Source of the DNA: Bugula neritina
Taxonomy: Eukaryota; Animalia; Bryozoa
Assembly (NCBI GenBank): GCA_964035545.1
Contig: OZ037771.1
Span: 4,165,628-4,229,627 of the forward strand
Length of the DNA stretch: 64,000 bases
Direction: 5' to 3'
Shown: positions 36,239 through 47,876 of the stretch, one piece after another
Numbering within the stretch: the stretch's first letter is position 1
Layout: each line of letters opens with the position of its first letter
Translations under genes and position numbers: made by a program
The notes under the pieces: model-generated
Told to the model about the DNA's origin: nothing
What the model saw: only the letters and a program-made list of their open reading frames with translations
Database searches by the model: none

Positions 36239-39200
36239 TCAATTGCTCAACTCGTTGCGTTTCCTCTTACGAGTGTTGTACTCGTTGCCACTTCCCTCAA
36301 AACGCAGAGCAGGCATGCAGTAGCGCTTTTCTAGTTTATAGATTTGCTGTAACTTCTTGGCATAGAGTTCATCTGGATCTACAAATGCAGGTCCTACAAC
36401 TAAACAAAATACATGTGTCAACCAAACTGAAGGAACCAAATAACACCACACAGTATAATACCAGAAAAAGTTAGGTAAGTTAAGAGAAAGCAATACAACA
36501 GTCTAAACTAACCTGCACTATGATGTGATCCATTGGCCATTCCAACCTCTCCGTTGACATTCTGATTAAAATCTTCTGATCTATTAAGACAGTATACTTG
36601 CATCACTTACACTGCAGTGTACTTACACAGCGCACTTACACATAACCTACTGTTAATCATATTAATTCATTCACAATACTGCTTGAAAGAGCGAGACAAA
36701 AGTATAAATTATAGGCCATGGTAACTAACATACGTAAAATACCTAATGAATGCAACCTATAGCCCCATTTCTTGGTACTAGTTTCACCAACACATATTTC
36801 CTGTGAGAGATCCAGTGCCTACCTGTATGATATGGTAGACTGGGAACTACTACTCCGACGCACTCTACGCTTTCGGGCTGCCGATGCTGAGGACGAAGCA
36901 GCTGTGCCGTTAGTATGCCCGTTGGTTAGTGCTTTAGAAGACTTTGTGTTCACATAACCATTCTTAGTGCTACCACGGTGTTGCTTTGGCCGTCTACAAG
37001 TATTGTGTGCTAGAGTATAAGTATTGTGTGCTAGAGTATATGTATTGTGTGCTAGAGTATTGTGTGCTAGAGTATATGTATTGTGTGCTAGAGTATTGTG
37101 TGCTAGAGTATATGTATTGTATGCTAGAGTATATGTATTGTATGCTAGAGTATTGTGTGCTAGAGTATTGTGTGCTAGAGTATAAATATTGCATAGTTTG
37201 TAGTTACATGCAGTTATGTACCACAAAGCAATGTATATAGAATTATCAGCCCAAACAGTATAGTATAAATATTGGAATTGTGTGCCCACATAGACTATAG
37301 AGTTGTCTGCCATCACTCACCTGTGTCCGTTAGCTTTTCTTGATTCAGTAGAACAGGGAGACCATCTCTCACTTGTATTATTGCTGCTAGTCCGTGACCT
37401 TGCTACTGTATCCCTGAAAATATCAATAAAAATGAAGTTATCTTCTCAATAGCCTGCACCCAGTAAAGCCCTGTGTCCTTACTAGAACACACGTAATATT
37501 TACACAGTACATGAGATCAGAGTTACAGCTCACTTACCCAGGACTATCTGGTATGATGGGACTGGTGGTGGCAATGCGGAGCTGTGAATTAGACATGCTG
37601 GTGCCTGTACTTGATGACACTATTGACATGCTGTAAAACAGAGACTCAAAGTGTTGTACAAGTGCATTACAACATTCAGTTAGTGTCAGTGAAATCCAAT
37701 AAACAACTGCTATCAGCATTCTTGCATTATTAATAAATATACTAATAGTTATGGGCATACAATTCCTACAGGTAACAATATCATCTGATTATTTACTAAA
37801 CTAATAGATAAAAACAAATTGAACACATAAAAACTATGACCCTGTCAATAATTAAACCTGTGGTCACACTAATAGAGTTCTAACACTCTTAAGAGCTAAA
37901 GCTTGCCAATGAGAAAGAGTTTTTAGTGAGCTTGCTAAAGTACATTAACGGGAAGTATTGCAAGGAAATGTGCTGGTTTGCCTGTATTGATGTAATTCTT
38001 AAACTACTAGGCTAATTAGAGATAGAGTATGGGTTGTAAGATACAGGTGATTACTTAGACAATGTTTGAGATGTTACAGGGTTTCTAAAAATAGTGAGAC
38101 GTCTTTATATTTGTTCCACAGAAACATTTTTAAGTGGACAGACTTATAAATTGTCTAGCTTACACCAAGTAACACTGTCTATTTATATTTGTTAAGTGGT
38201 CTATGAACTGGGAGAAGACAGCAAAAGCCTACACTAAAAGGAGCTCACAATCAATGTGACTAGTTTACTATATTTTCCAACTCAATTCTACTGCCTGAGA
38301 GATGTGGCCCCTTGAGTTGCAGTAGAGGAGAGATTGAGATAGTCTAAGTTCTTCAATTTTTTCAACAACATTTGGCTTGGGCACAGGTGGAAATTCTCAC
38401 AAGAACATAATTTCCTTTGCTACATTTTTAATCTAGAATGCAGGCTTTTTTCAATTTCTGCATTGCTGCACCACACGAAGCCACAGTTGACAGCAAATTG
38501 CTTAAACATGCATAAATATATTTACCCATCGTTACTGTGATCATCTGCAGAAAGACAAGAAGAATGCTGAGGACGTAGGAAAGTGTGATCAGCAGCAGTA
38601 GAACAAGAAGGTATGGATGTCTCTTCCTTTACTATCAGTTCATCTTTCACTCTACTGTTTGTGGTAGATGAGTCTGTAACCAGACAGATCGTAATACAAC
38701 CTCTCAATGAACTCTAACTGATGTCACCACAGAGTAATAAAGAGGGCTGAAACATTTTAGATAATATATTAAGACTCAATTCTTCAACAAAAGGTTGTAT
38801 TAGCTTCTATGGTATTGAGGCAAAACTCTAGCAATGCTTTTTAGAAGATTTTTGTAGCTAATGACAGCTTTACTTAATTATTCAAGTTTTAATGAGTTTC
38901 TTTTAATCAAATACTAAGAGCTCTGCAACTTTTTATGATAGCTTCCGCGTGTAGCTATAACGTTGATGTGCGGAGAAGCTATTTGATTGCACAAGATGCA
39001 TGTACATAGAATAGTGCTTAGGGCCTTGGCTATCATTACTGTTCTGTCACCTCTCTATTACCTCTTTATTGCAAAGACTACCTTAACACAGCTACAGGCT
39101 AACCACTCAATACAGCTGGAAACAATTAAATATTCTCATTTCAACAATAATAATAATATGCAGATTATTACTCTTCTCTAAAGTGTAGATATCCAAAGTG

Positions 39201-40896
39201 ACCGCCAGGTAAAGAACATGTAACTAATAGGTGACTAGTAGGTGACCACCAGGTAAAGAACAGGTAACTAGTAAGTGACTAGTAGGTGACCAACAGGTAC
39301 CTAGTAGGTAAGCAAGTGATCTAGGGAACTATAAGTTGGCAGGTTTGTAAATAAGCTATATGTTCAAGCAGTAAAAGTTTGTACAACTGCTGGAGAAAGT
39401 TATAATGGAATAAACAAGCATTAATTTGTTGCGACACAAAAACATCGCTACTCCATGTACTGTAAATATGGCCATCTATAATTAGAATCAGACTGTCACT
39501 ATTAAAGCCAACATCCATCATATAACAAATAAACAGAGGGCAATTTTAATGGATGGTTAAACAACAAGTAAACCTGTCAACACCAAACCCCAGTTACACA
39601 TTGATGTGTGTCACCTCCCAAGGCTATAGTAATGGCCTGACCAGTATTCAACTGCAAAGTTGTTTACCGAGTTGCAGTGAATAATAGCAAGGTTAGTTGA
39701 ACGCTGGCCAAGAATCATCTCTTGGCAACTGAGTTAAGTAGTCCAACTGAGTAGTAGTAGATTATTCAACACGACCCTACCAACAGGTATAGCCACAACT
39801 GACTATGGTTATTAATATGCATTACTCTTCCTACATTCACATAATACTGTTCACGTAATACTACCCTAACGTGGAGATTTGTACACTGCAGGGAGAATTA
39901 GCTGTGTCTTCTACTCACTAGATTAGTACAAAGGGCCACGTGGCCAGCTACTGCTACAGAGTACACCAATTGACCAGGAAATGAGCACACAACAATGGCT
40001 CTCAATAGCAATTACTAGTAACCAGGAGTCTGTTTTGAGATAAATAAAAGAGTAATAATACTGTAGTGAGTAGTGAGGCTATGCACCAGCTGATAGAGTG
40101 GTTGTGAGCTGAGGGGGGAGGGGGTGATGCAATGCTGCTGCAACTGATACAGCTAACCGGCCACTTGAACACTTACTATAAACATGGTCTTCTAATCAAT
40201 GTGTGAATCACACCCTCACCAGACACTATTTGAACTCTATTGTAAACAACAAACAACTAGCCATACCAATGTACTCTAGACTGCTCCTTACACAGAGCAA
40301 CAAAGCCAATGCCTCTGCCAGTGTGTCCCCCCCCCCCCCCCCATGTATCCAACACTGGGAAGTTTGTCTCCCAGTGTATCCACCACTGGAAAGGTACATA
40401 CATACATGTGCGTCTTATCTCACTACAGCTGTAAACATCACAGTCGCACAACTTACTGGAGTTGCACTTCTCGTTAGAAGATGAAACGTCGGGTGCAGGG
40501 GAAGAGCTGGAAGCAAAGTCTAATCTCTTGACTGTTTGTGGACACGGAGTCACTTTTATTGTCTCGGGATAGCCCTTCTCCTTGTCGGAGGGTCGGGGTG
40601 GTGTGCGAGGGTATCTCACTATAGGCTTGAAGTGGCGGTTGTATTCACCAGTGATTGAGTCTATGCTACTACTTCGCCTGGGAAGCTGTAACTTAGTACT
40701 CTGTAACAATATAAGTAGTAGTGGTAGTATTAGTATTAGTATTAGTAGTAGTAGTGGTAGTATTAGTAGTAGTAATAGTAGTAGTAATAGTAGTAGTACT
40801 AGTAGTAGTGGTAGTAGTAGCAGTAGTACTGGTAGTAGTAGTAGTAGTAGCAGTAGTACTGGTAGTAGTAGTAGTAGTACTGGTAGTAGTAGTACC

Positions 40897-40961
<65 letters not shown>

Positions 40962-41057
40962 CAGTAGTAGCGGTAGTAGTAGTAGTAGTAGCAGCAGTAG
41001 TAGTAGTAGTAGTAGTAGTAGTAGAAGTAGTAGTAGTAATAGCAGTAGTAATAGTAA

Positions 41058-41099
<42 letters not shown>

Positions 41100-41188
41100 A
41101 GTAGTAGTAGTAGAAGTAGTAGTAGTAATAGCAGTAGTAATAGTAATAGTAGTAGTAGTAGTAGTAGTAGTAGAAGTTGTAGTAGTAA

Positions 41189-41226
<38 letters not shown>

Positions 41227-44200
41227 ATAGTAGTAGTAGTAGTAGTAATAGTAGTACTGGTAGTAACACCCACTTACCTGGTTAATATTATTATGACTGG
41301 GTTTATTCTCCTACAACAAAAATAGAATCTGGAATAAACTTCATAAAAACTATGTAATGATAGTTTGAATCATTCCTGGAATATAAAAAACAGAGAGACT
41401 GAGGCCAATATTATCTGAGGATTACAGATATGCACAGGCCGCCGTGAAATCAACAGTCATAATTAATATTATTTCACTTCAGCCCGCTTTGGCTCACTGC
41501 CAACTACTATAATGGCTTCTATACGGTTGTTGGATGATACGTTGTGTTGGCCGGCGAAAGATACCCTGGATATATTAGCCTCGTGTTCCTAATCGATGAT
41601 ATAATCAATAAGGGAGCCACTCGCCGGCCGCTCGCATCGGCAAGCAGAATAGAAATAGCCAACTGCACCGAAGATACACTGTAACGCGCAGTTGATAATG
41701 CTAAAGGTAGTTCAGCTTGCCAATCCTACATAACAGCACCGATGCTGCCAGCTGACCTTGTTAGCAACTTTGAATGCAGCCAGCTCTCTCTTGTCTTTAG
41801 CCAACATTTCCTTGATGAGCTTTTCTGAAGCCTGTTCTTCTTTTTCTCTCTCTTCTCTTAACTACAACACATCATGGTGTAAATTCCAGTAAATTCTGTG
41901 AGTCATGTAGGAGTTTCCAGTTGCTAGTAGAGTAGACACTGAATAGGACATGGCGTGATCCATACAGACTACCAACTCATGTGAACAATAATAATACACA
42001 TACGCAATACTCTGAACTCAGTGGGTCCAACACGCCCTCCCAATAGCCCTAGAGTTTTCAGGACCCCCTACTACGCTTTATTATAACCAATGAACAAGTT
42101 ATAGTTGGAATTACATATTAATCATATACACAGCCAGTAACTAGACTAAGATCTATATTATTCAGAAGTACAGCTGGTAGCACTAGAGCCCCTGTACTAG
42201 AGTGATATGACGTGGTTATGTTGCTACAGCCAACCATTTCTGTTCAGAAAGGGGAAACATTATTATTTAATCCTACCACACTGGGCATCAACTACACGAT
42301 TTAGAAGGCAAGCAGCATGGGGACACAGGATTGGTGTTATAGCTATACATATATAGGACTGCTAAGATGGTTCTATAATCAATTGGGAGTGATTTAGTGC
42401 TGTAGTTAGGGGTTCTCCAGTTTGGAGTTATATCCCCAACTCCAAACTGGAGAACCTTAAGCTACTGCACTCAGTCACCCACAAATTGAAGCTGCTTACA
42501 GAACAATTCAGACTGCTAAGTGTAAAACACCCACCAACCACCTCATTTTATACATCATACCAACTTCACCTGTTCTACAGACCACCTGGTTATTTGCTTC
42601 AGCAGCAAATCTCATAGCTTGCTGCTACCAACTGTGTGCAAACTATCTACCACTTCATTCATCTCAATGGCAATCATAACAGGTAAAAAACCAAATAGTG
42701 AAACGAGTTTGACAGGATAAAAGAAGTTTGTTTTACAAAACCTTTAGTATTGATTAAAAGGTGAAAGACAAAGCCGGTTAGTGAAAGCACACTACACTGT
42801 CAGTGACACTTTGAATTAGCATATGCTGAATACATGATAGCACTTTGGACACTGAATACGGTGCTGATACTTTAAATACTCACTTTTTGTAACTCTAATT
42901 CATACTCTTTTCTTATTTCTCCAGTATTGGCCAACACCACTGAGAAGGATTCCCTCATTGCTAACAAAAAAAGCTCAATTATAATATACACATAACTTAC
43001 AGGTATACACAGTTTCAATATAACACAAGTCACCACCCAGTTGAGAGAAAAGTAGAAGTAATTTGAATACTTGGTGGTAACACACGTACTGAGAGTATAA
43101 GATGATCTACTATTAACAAGTCTAAACTTGCCCAGCCCGCCTGGCCCAGATAAAATATACAAATGAATAGAAGATGTATTGCGTTCGATTGAGTCATTAC
43201 GCACGCACATTGGGAATGCCAGTATATAGTAAGAGTAGTAGTAGGAAATGAGGGTACGTGATTGGCTGGTCACGTACTACACCTAAGTACGCGGCTGATA
43301 TACAGCATGCCGGGTGTGCATTGCCAGTTGAGCATAGGGTAATAAAATACCCGTAATGATGGTGCAATAGTTGCCAGGTAACACAGGGGCACTGCACCAC
43401 CTACCTCTGCCAACACCCAATAACTCATTCCAATTGTTTCCATAACCTAAGATGAACTAGAATTTTGTGAGATGAAAGTTACTACTATTTGAAATAGATT
43501 CAATTTCAAAAACCAGACAACTTGTATGAAATCAACTGTAATTACACAAACCAAGTGATAAATATGACTTTGAAATGCTGTATTAAAACTGAAACTGTGA
43601 TGCTGCTAGACTTTACCAGATGAAGGCAGCACTAGTATTTGAAACATATTCAACTGGCAATATTACGCAGCTCTAGCTTTTAAATTAGTTAAAATAAATC
43701 TTTAAAAAATAAAATCAATTAACTCAAGTTTTCAGGCTGGTTTCTGCCATGAATACAAAAAACAAAACCGTCAGTCCAGATTGAGATAGACTAGATCACT
43801 AGAATCATGTAATGGTTATAATAACTAAAAGATTTGAACTCCCGGACAACTTGCACCTTGCACGAAATAAAAACATCTGAATTCGAATAATTTGCTACTT
43901 TGCCAAAAATAACTTGTTATATTTAAGCATTACAAAGTAACATCTTAAAGGTTTTCGAGGCAGAGAAAATCATATCAAGCTATGACAGAGTGTGGAGTGA
44001 GGCCATAAGACACACCCTAAAACCAGCATGTTATGACATAAACCTTAACTTACGACATTGTAAACATTACAATTGCATAGAAACTCATTAGCCCAACCAT
44101 TACTATATATATTATATTAAGAAACTATAATAATAATATAATGCAAATGGACATAATATAGTAAATTTTTATACATACAAGAAATAACATTTTTATCAGT

Positions 44201-46347
44201 TATGCTAATAATCGGATCAACTTATGCAGAATGGAGTAGATCATTTAGGAATTCTAAGTCAGTTTATCCACGGTACTGCTAGTGTGCCGGGCATGTACGA
44301 CTTGTTTGTATTGTATAAAGTTGAAGGATAAACTTTTGATTCAATACTTTGGCAACAAAAGTGAGTTAGGAGTTTTCAGTTATTATTGCAGTTTTTGGAC
44401 ATTTTAGTTTAGTTACATTGTGAAATCTATTTGGACAGTTTAATGTCAAATAAATAAATAAATAAATTATATCTGTACATCTCAAGATCCCTTATAATAC
44501 AGTAACTTTTAGTCCATAGTTGACAAATTACAGGTTCAACTTTCAGTTTTTATAGCTGAGAACATTTGAGGTGTACAAACTCCAACCGAGGTACAGATTC
44601 AAACTGACTGGGGCAATTGTGAATAATAACCATCAGCAGTGTATCAAATTCTTAGAGCATGTTTGAGTTAGACACTACTAATTTTAATAGGCATTTACAC
44701 TCTTAGCCAATCCAAAATCTAACAATAAAATGGTGAGTAAGCAAGATTTATATTAGCTCTTTAGTAAAATAAATATAATAATATTAAATAGATTGATAAT
44801 ATTGATATTTATTTTACCAAAGTGGAAGTAAAAATCAAAAGACAATAGTCAAAATACTTATAACTGCATACTGATACACAAAAATATATGAAATACTATA
44901 CACATATTGATATAGTAACTGATAGTCATACCTATAACAAATGTGATACTTATACTGATAGTGATAGTCATACTCATACTGATAGTGATAGTTATACTCA
45001 TACTGATAGTGATAACTTATACTTATACTGATACCAAGATACAGAGTGAGAGTGAGTCAGGTGTTATGCCAGACATTATAGCAAATGTAGTACTAGTACC
45101 TATACGCTATACCACTACATCCACAGTGATTACTAATAGCAGTAAGTACAGTTATTATATTTATATTAATATGAATATCCATGGCAATAGAAAAATTAAT
45201 TTTTATCACTCATGAATATACTATATAGGTTACACCTGTAGTTGTATAGTAATACTTATAGTTATAGAATATAGACTTAAGTTGATGTTAAATATGGATA
45301 TGTAGTTGTAGATGTACTTACTAATACTAATACTAATACTTATACTTATAGTTATACTCATAGACTTATTTATAGTTATAGTATTACTATTAGTATAACT
45401 ATAGATAAGTATTAAGTATTAGTATAACTAGCACTATCAGTATCAGTATGATTATGAGTAGTACTAAACAGTAAATGAGTAAATAACATTAACATTATTA
45501 TTATCATTATGATAATGAATATGATCAAGTGATCAAGTTCAGCATTGCCATTAGTAAGACTAATACTAATAGTAATACTAATACAGTATAACTATAAGTA
45601 TAAGTATTAGTATTACTCGTACTCATGTCTCATAGTCATACTGTCATAGTAATGGTAACACTAACACTGATACTGATAGTGATACTGATAATCGTATTGA
45701 TACTGATACTCTAACAGTAACTCATACTGATACTTAGTCTTAGAGGTTAGAGTTAATGCTAGTCACTGTCAGTTACTGTTTTAGTGTTCAACTTTATGTT
45801 ACTTTGTTAGTATTACATTTAGATTTAGTGATTCACTGATTTAGTTTTATTATTAATATTACATTTAGTTTTACTATTACTATTAGTAGTATTACTTTTA
45901 CTATTAGTATTACTATTAGTAGTATTACTTTTACTATTAGTATTACTATTAGTATTAGAGTATTAGTATTACTATTAGTATTACTATTACTCTATTAGTA
46001 TTAGTATTACTATTACTATTAGTATGAGTATTAGTCTTACCTTGGCCTTCCCTCCTACTCCTTTTAGGCGTAGCTTTTCCACTCAAGCGAGCATTCACTT
46101 CCTCAGTAAAATTGGCTTTCATATATTCCCACTTTTCTTTATTGACTAATGTTCCTTTTCGAGCATGAAGACGTGCCCAGCTACCAATTCGACGTCTGCA
46201 GAAGGGGCATTGCAAATTGGCAGTTGTGATGATGGAATCAAAACAAGGTTTACATAAACAGTGATCACAGGGTAATATCACCGGTTCAACGAACACAGCC
46301 ATGCACACTTGGCAATGTGATTGTGATTTTGAATCTGCCATCAGCAT
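36239..46347 (-). CDS. RNF168: RING E3 ubiquitin ligase, RNF168/RNF169 family
   Basis: Exons on the minus strand: 46347-46041, 42960-42884, 41861-41757, 41310-41278, 40700-40457, 38673-38526, 37630-37538, 37413-37321, 36993-36823, 36580-36513, 36393-36239, all phase-consistent. Motifs: RING CQVC..EPVILPCDHCLCKPC..CPFCRRRIGSWAR, LRM1/UMI-like GEIRKEYE..ASEKLIKEMLA, and C-terminal MIU2-LRM2-like DELYAKKLQ..RFEGSGNEYNTR. Confidence 0.9.
36997..37190. repeat. 15/21-bp tandem repeat (GTATTGTGTGCTAGAGTA) abutting an RNF168 acceptor
   Basis: About 10 copies, ending at the 3' splice site of exon 36993-36823. Confidence 0.9.
40712..41265. repeat. (AGT)n microsatellite filling almost a whole RNF168 intron
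   Basis: About 550 bp of the 577-bp intron 40701-41277. It gives rise to the poly-L/S/V/Y ORFs. Confidence 0.97.
42368..42510. mobile_element. Short palindromic MITE, copy 1
   Basis: Hairpin GGTTCTCCAGTTTGGAGTT-loop-AACTCCAAACTGGAGAACC with extended arms. A second copy lies at 55215. Confidence 0.8.
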
Positions 46348-47876
46348 TAACTTTCAGGTATTTAGAAAAAAAATTCAAAACGCGCCCAGGCCTAGAGCCT
46401 AACAAACAAGCTATACGCACGATTTCGCCATGTAGCCTTAAAGTTTAAAAACACGTCACTATTTCTGAACAAACTACGTGGTGTGCTGTCACAAGTTGAG
46501 CAGTTTTATTAAACAAAGGCTATAAAAAGTCTCGGGTATCGGTTTCTCCTTGGTTGTTTCGATGAGATAACCCTATTATAAGTTAATCAAAATTAATTTT
46601 AGGTTGTTTCGAATTATTGCATTTGTTTATAGTTTCCTGTAAATGTTAATGGCACGAATTACGAATGATCATTATGATTATCACTAAAGTTAAATATTAA
46701 TATAGGCTGAAGCTAACAATGTACGTTGTGTTTAAGATAAAACTATATCAATATATTTAAAAAAAAAGTTGCATTATTAATTACTAGTAGTAGTATCATA
46801 CATGCACGTTTTCTCATGATTAATTTTGAATTAAAGTGCAATGAACGATTCAATCAATTATCAATATGAATATGAATATCATTTATGATTTCAGATTTGT
46901 GATTGTCAATCATCAATGTCATTGTCAATACTCATACTGTAATTAATAAATTATTATAACAATAATTATAAAATAAGTAATAGTATAAATATAGTACTGA
47001 TGCTAATAGCTATAGTTAGGTTAATTTCAAAATATAATTGAATATAAGGTTAAATATATCATTCTCATTCTGATTCTCAAATTTAAAATTAAATTTGATG
47101 GTTTTAATTTTATTAAATTTTATTAAAATTAGGCAGTCGTGGTCTAGCGATTAGATTTTAGAGTGTTGCTGTTTGCTTAAAAGCACGAAATTATGGGTTC
47201 AAGCCCCAAAAAGGCCATTGGTGGTTATAGAAAGAGCATCCAGGCATAATTGCTCCTGTGCCCATCTGAATAAGTCCTTAGCTCGATATAACAAATACCC
47301 TTTCCACCAGGGGTTTCTCACAGGAATGGCGACTATAAAATTGCGTGAGTTTTGTTATTAAATTTAATTGAAATGTAAAATAAATTAAACTAAGTTTAAA
47401 AGTTAAACTTAATGTTATGCTTATTTATAAATATTATTGCAAATCAGTTAAATATTATAATTAGTAATACTAATTGTTAATATAAATGTTTTTGAACTTT
47501 AACTTAAAGTTATCCTAAAAGTAAATGTGAGGGAAGTTGCTGAATATCTTGTGATTATCAGAAATCACCACTGCTATAGTACTGGAGATTTAATTATTTT
47601 ATATAATACCCAGAGTTCTCACTATCAGTAATTTAGTTTTCTTTTACTTGAAGTTTCAGTTTTAATGTAGCTTTATGTTAATTTTGAATTGATAATGTGT
47701 AAAGTTGGAAGCTGATGATGATGGTAGTGTTTTTCTTCAAAGTTACATTCATTATTAAATTAAAGTAATGGCTTCAGGTGTAGATTATATTTTGTGAAAG
47801 TAAGGATCTGATAATAATCAACAGGTCAAAGCTTATTTCAATGTTGCAGCTTCTTTTTGGCTAATCAAGAACTACC
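46348..47876. promoter_or_regulatory. Probable bidirectional promoter region for RNF168-like and THUMPD2-like, including the THUMPD2 5'UTR intron
   Basis: Divergent start codons lie ~1.5 kb apart. There is a CpG-richer patch with CACGT motifs at ~46380-46560 and an acceptor at 47849 just before the THUMPD2 ATG. Confidence 0.5.
47132..47352 (+). mobile_element. tRNA-derived SINE, near full length
   Basis: A-box-like GTGGTCTAGCG and B-box-like GGGTTCAAGCCC are followed by the core CATTGGTGGTTATAGAAAGAGCATCCAGG. At least 4 related copies occur in the window. Confidence 0.8.

Noticed and set aside
40257-41325. Poly-L/S/V/Y ORFs up to 338 aa
   Set aside because: They arise from an (AGT)n microsatellite. 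Only 40457-40700 and 41278-41310 are real RNF168-like exons.
47132-47210. Possible tRNA gene
   Set aside because: The A/B boxes run into a SINE body repeated elsewhere in the window, and no cloverleaf can be formed.
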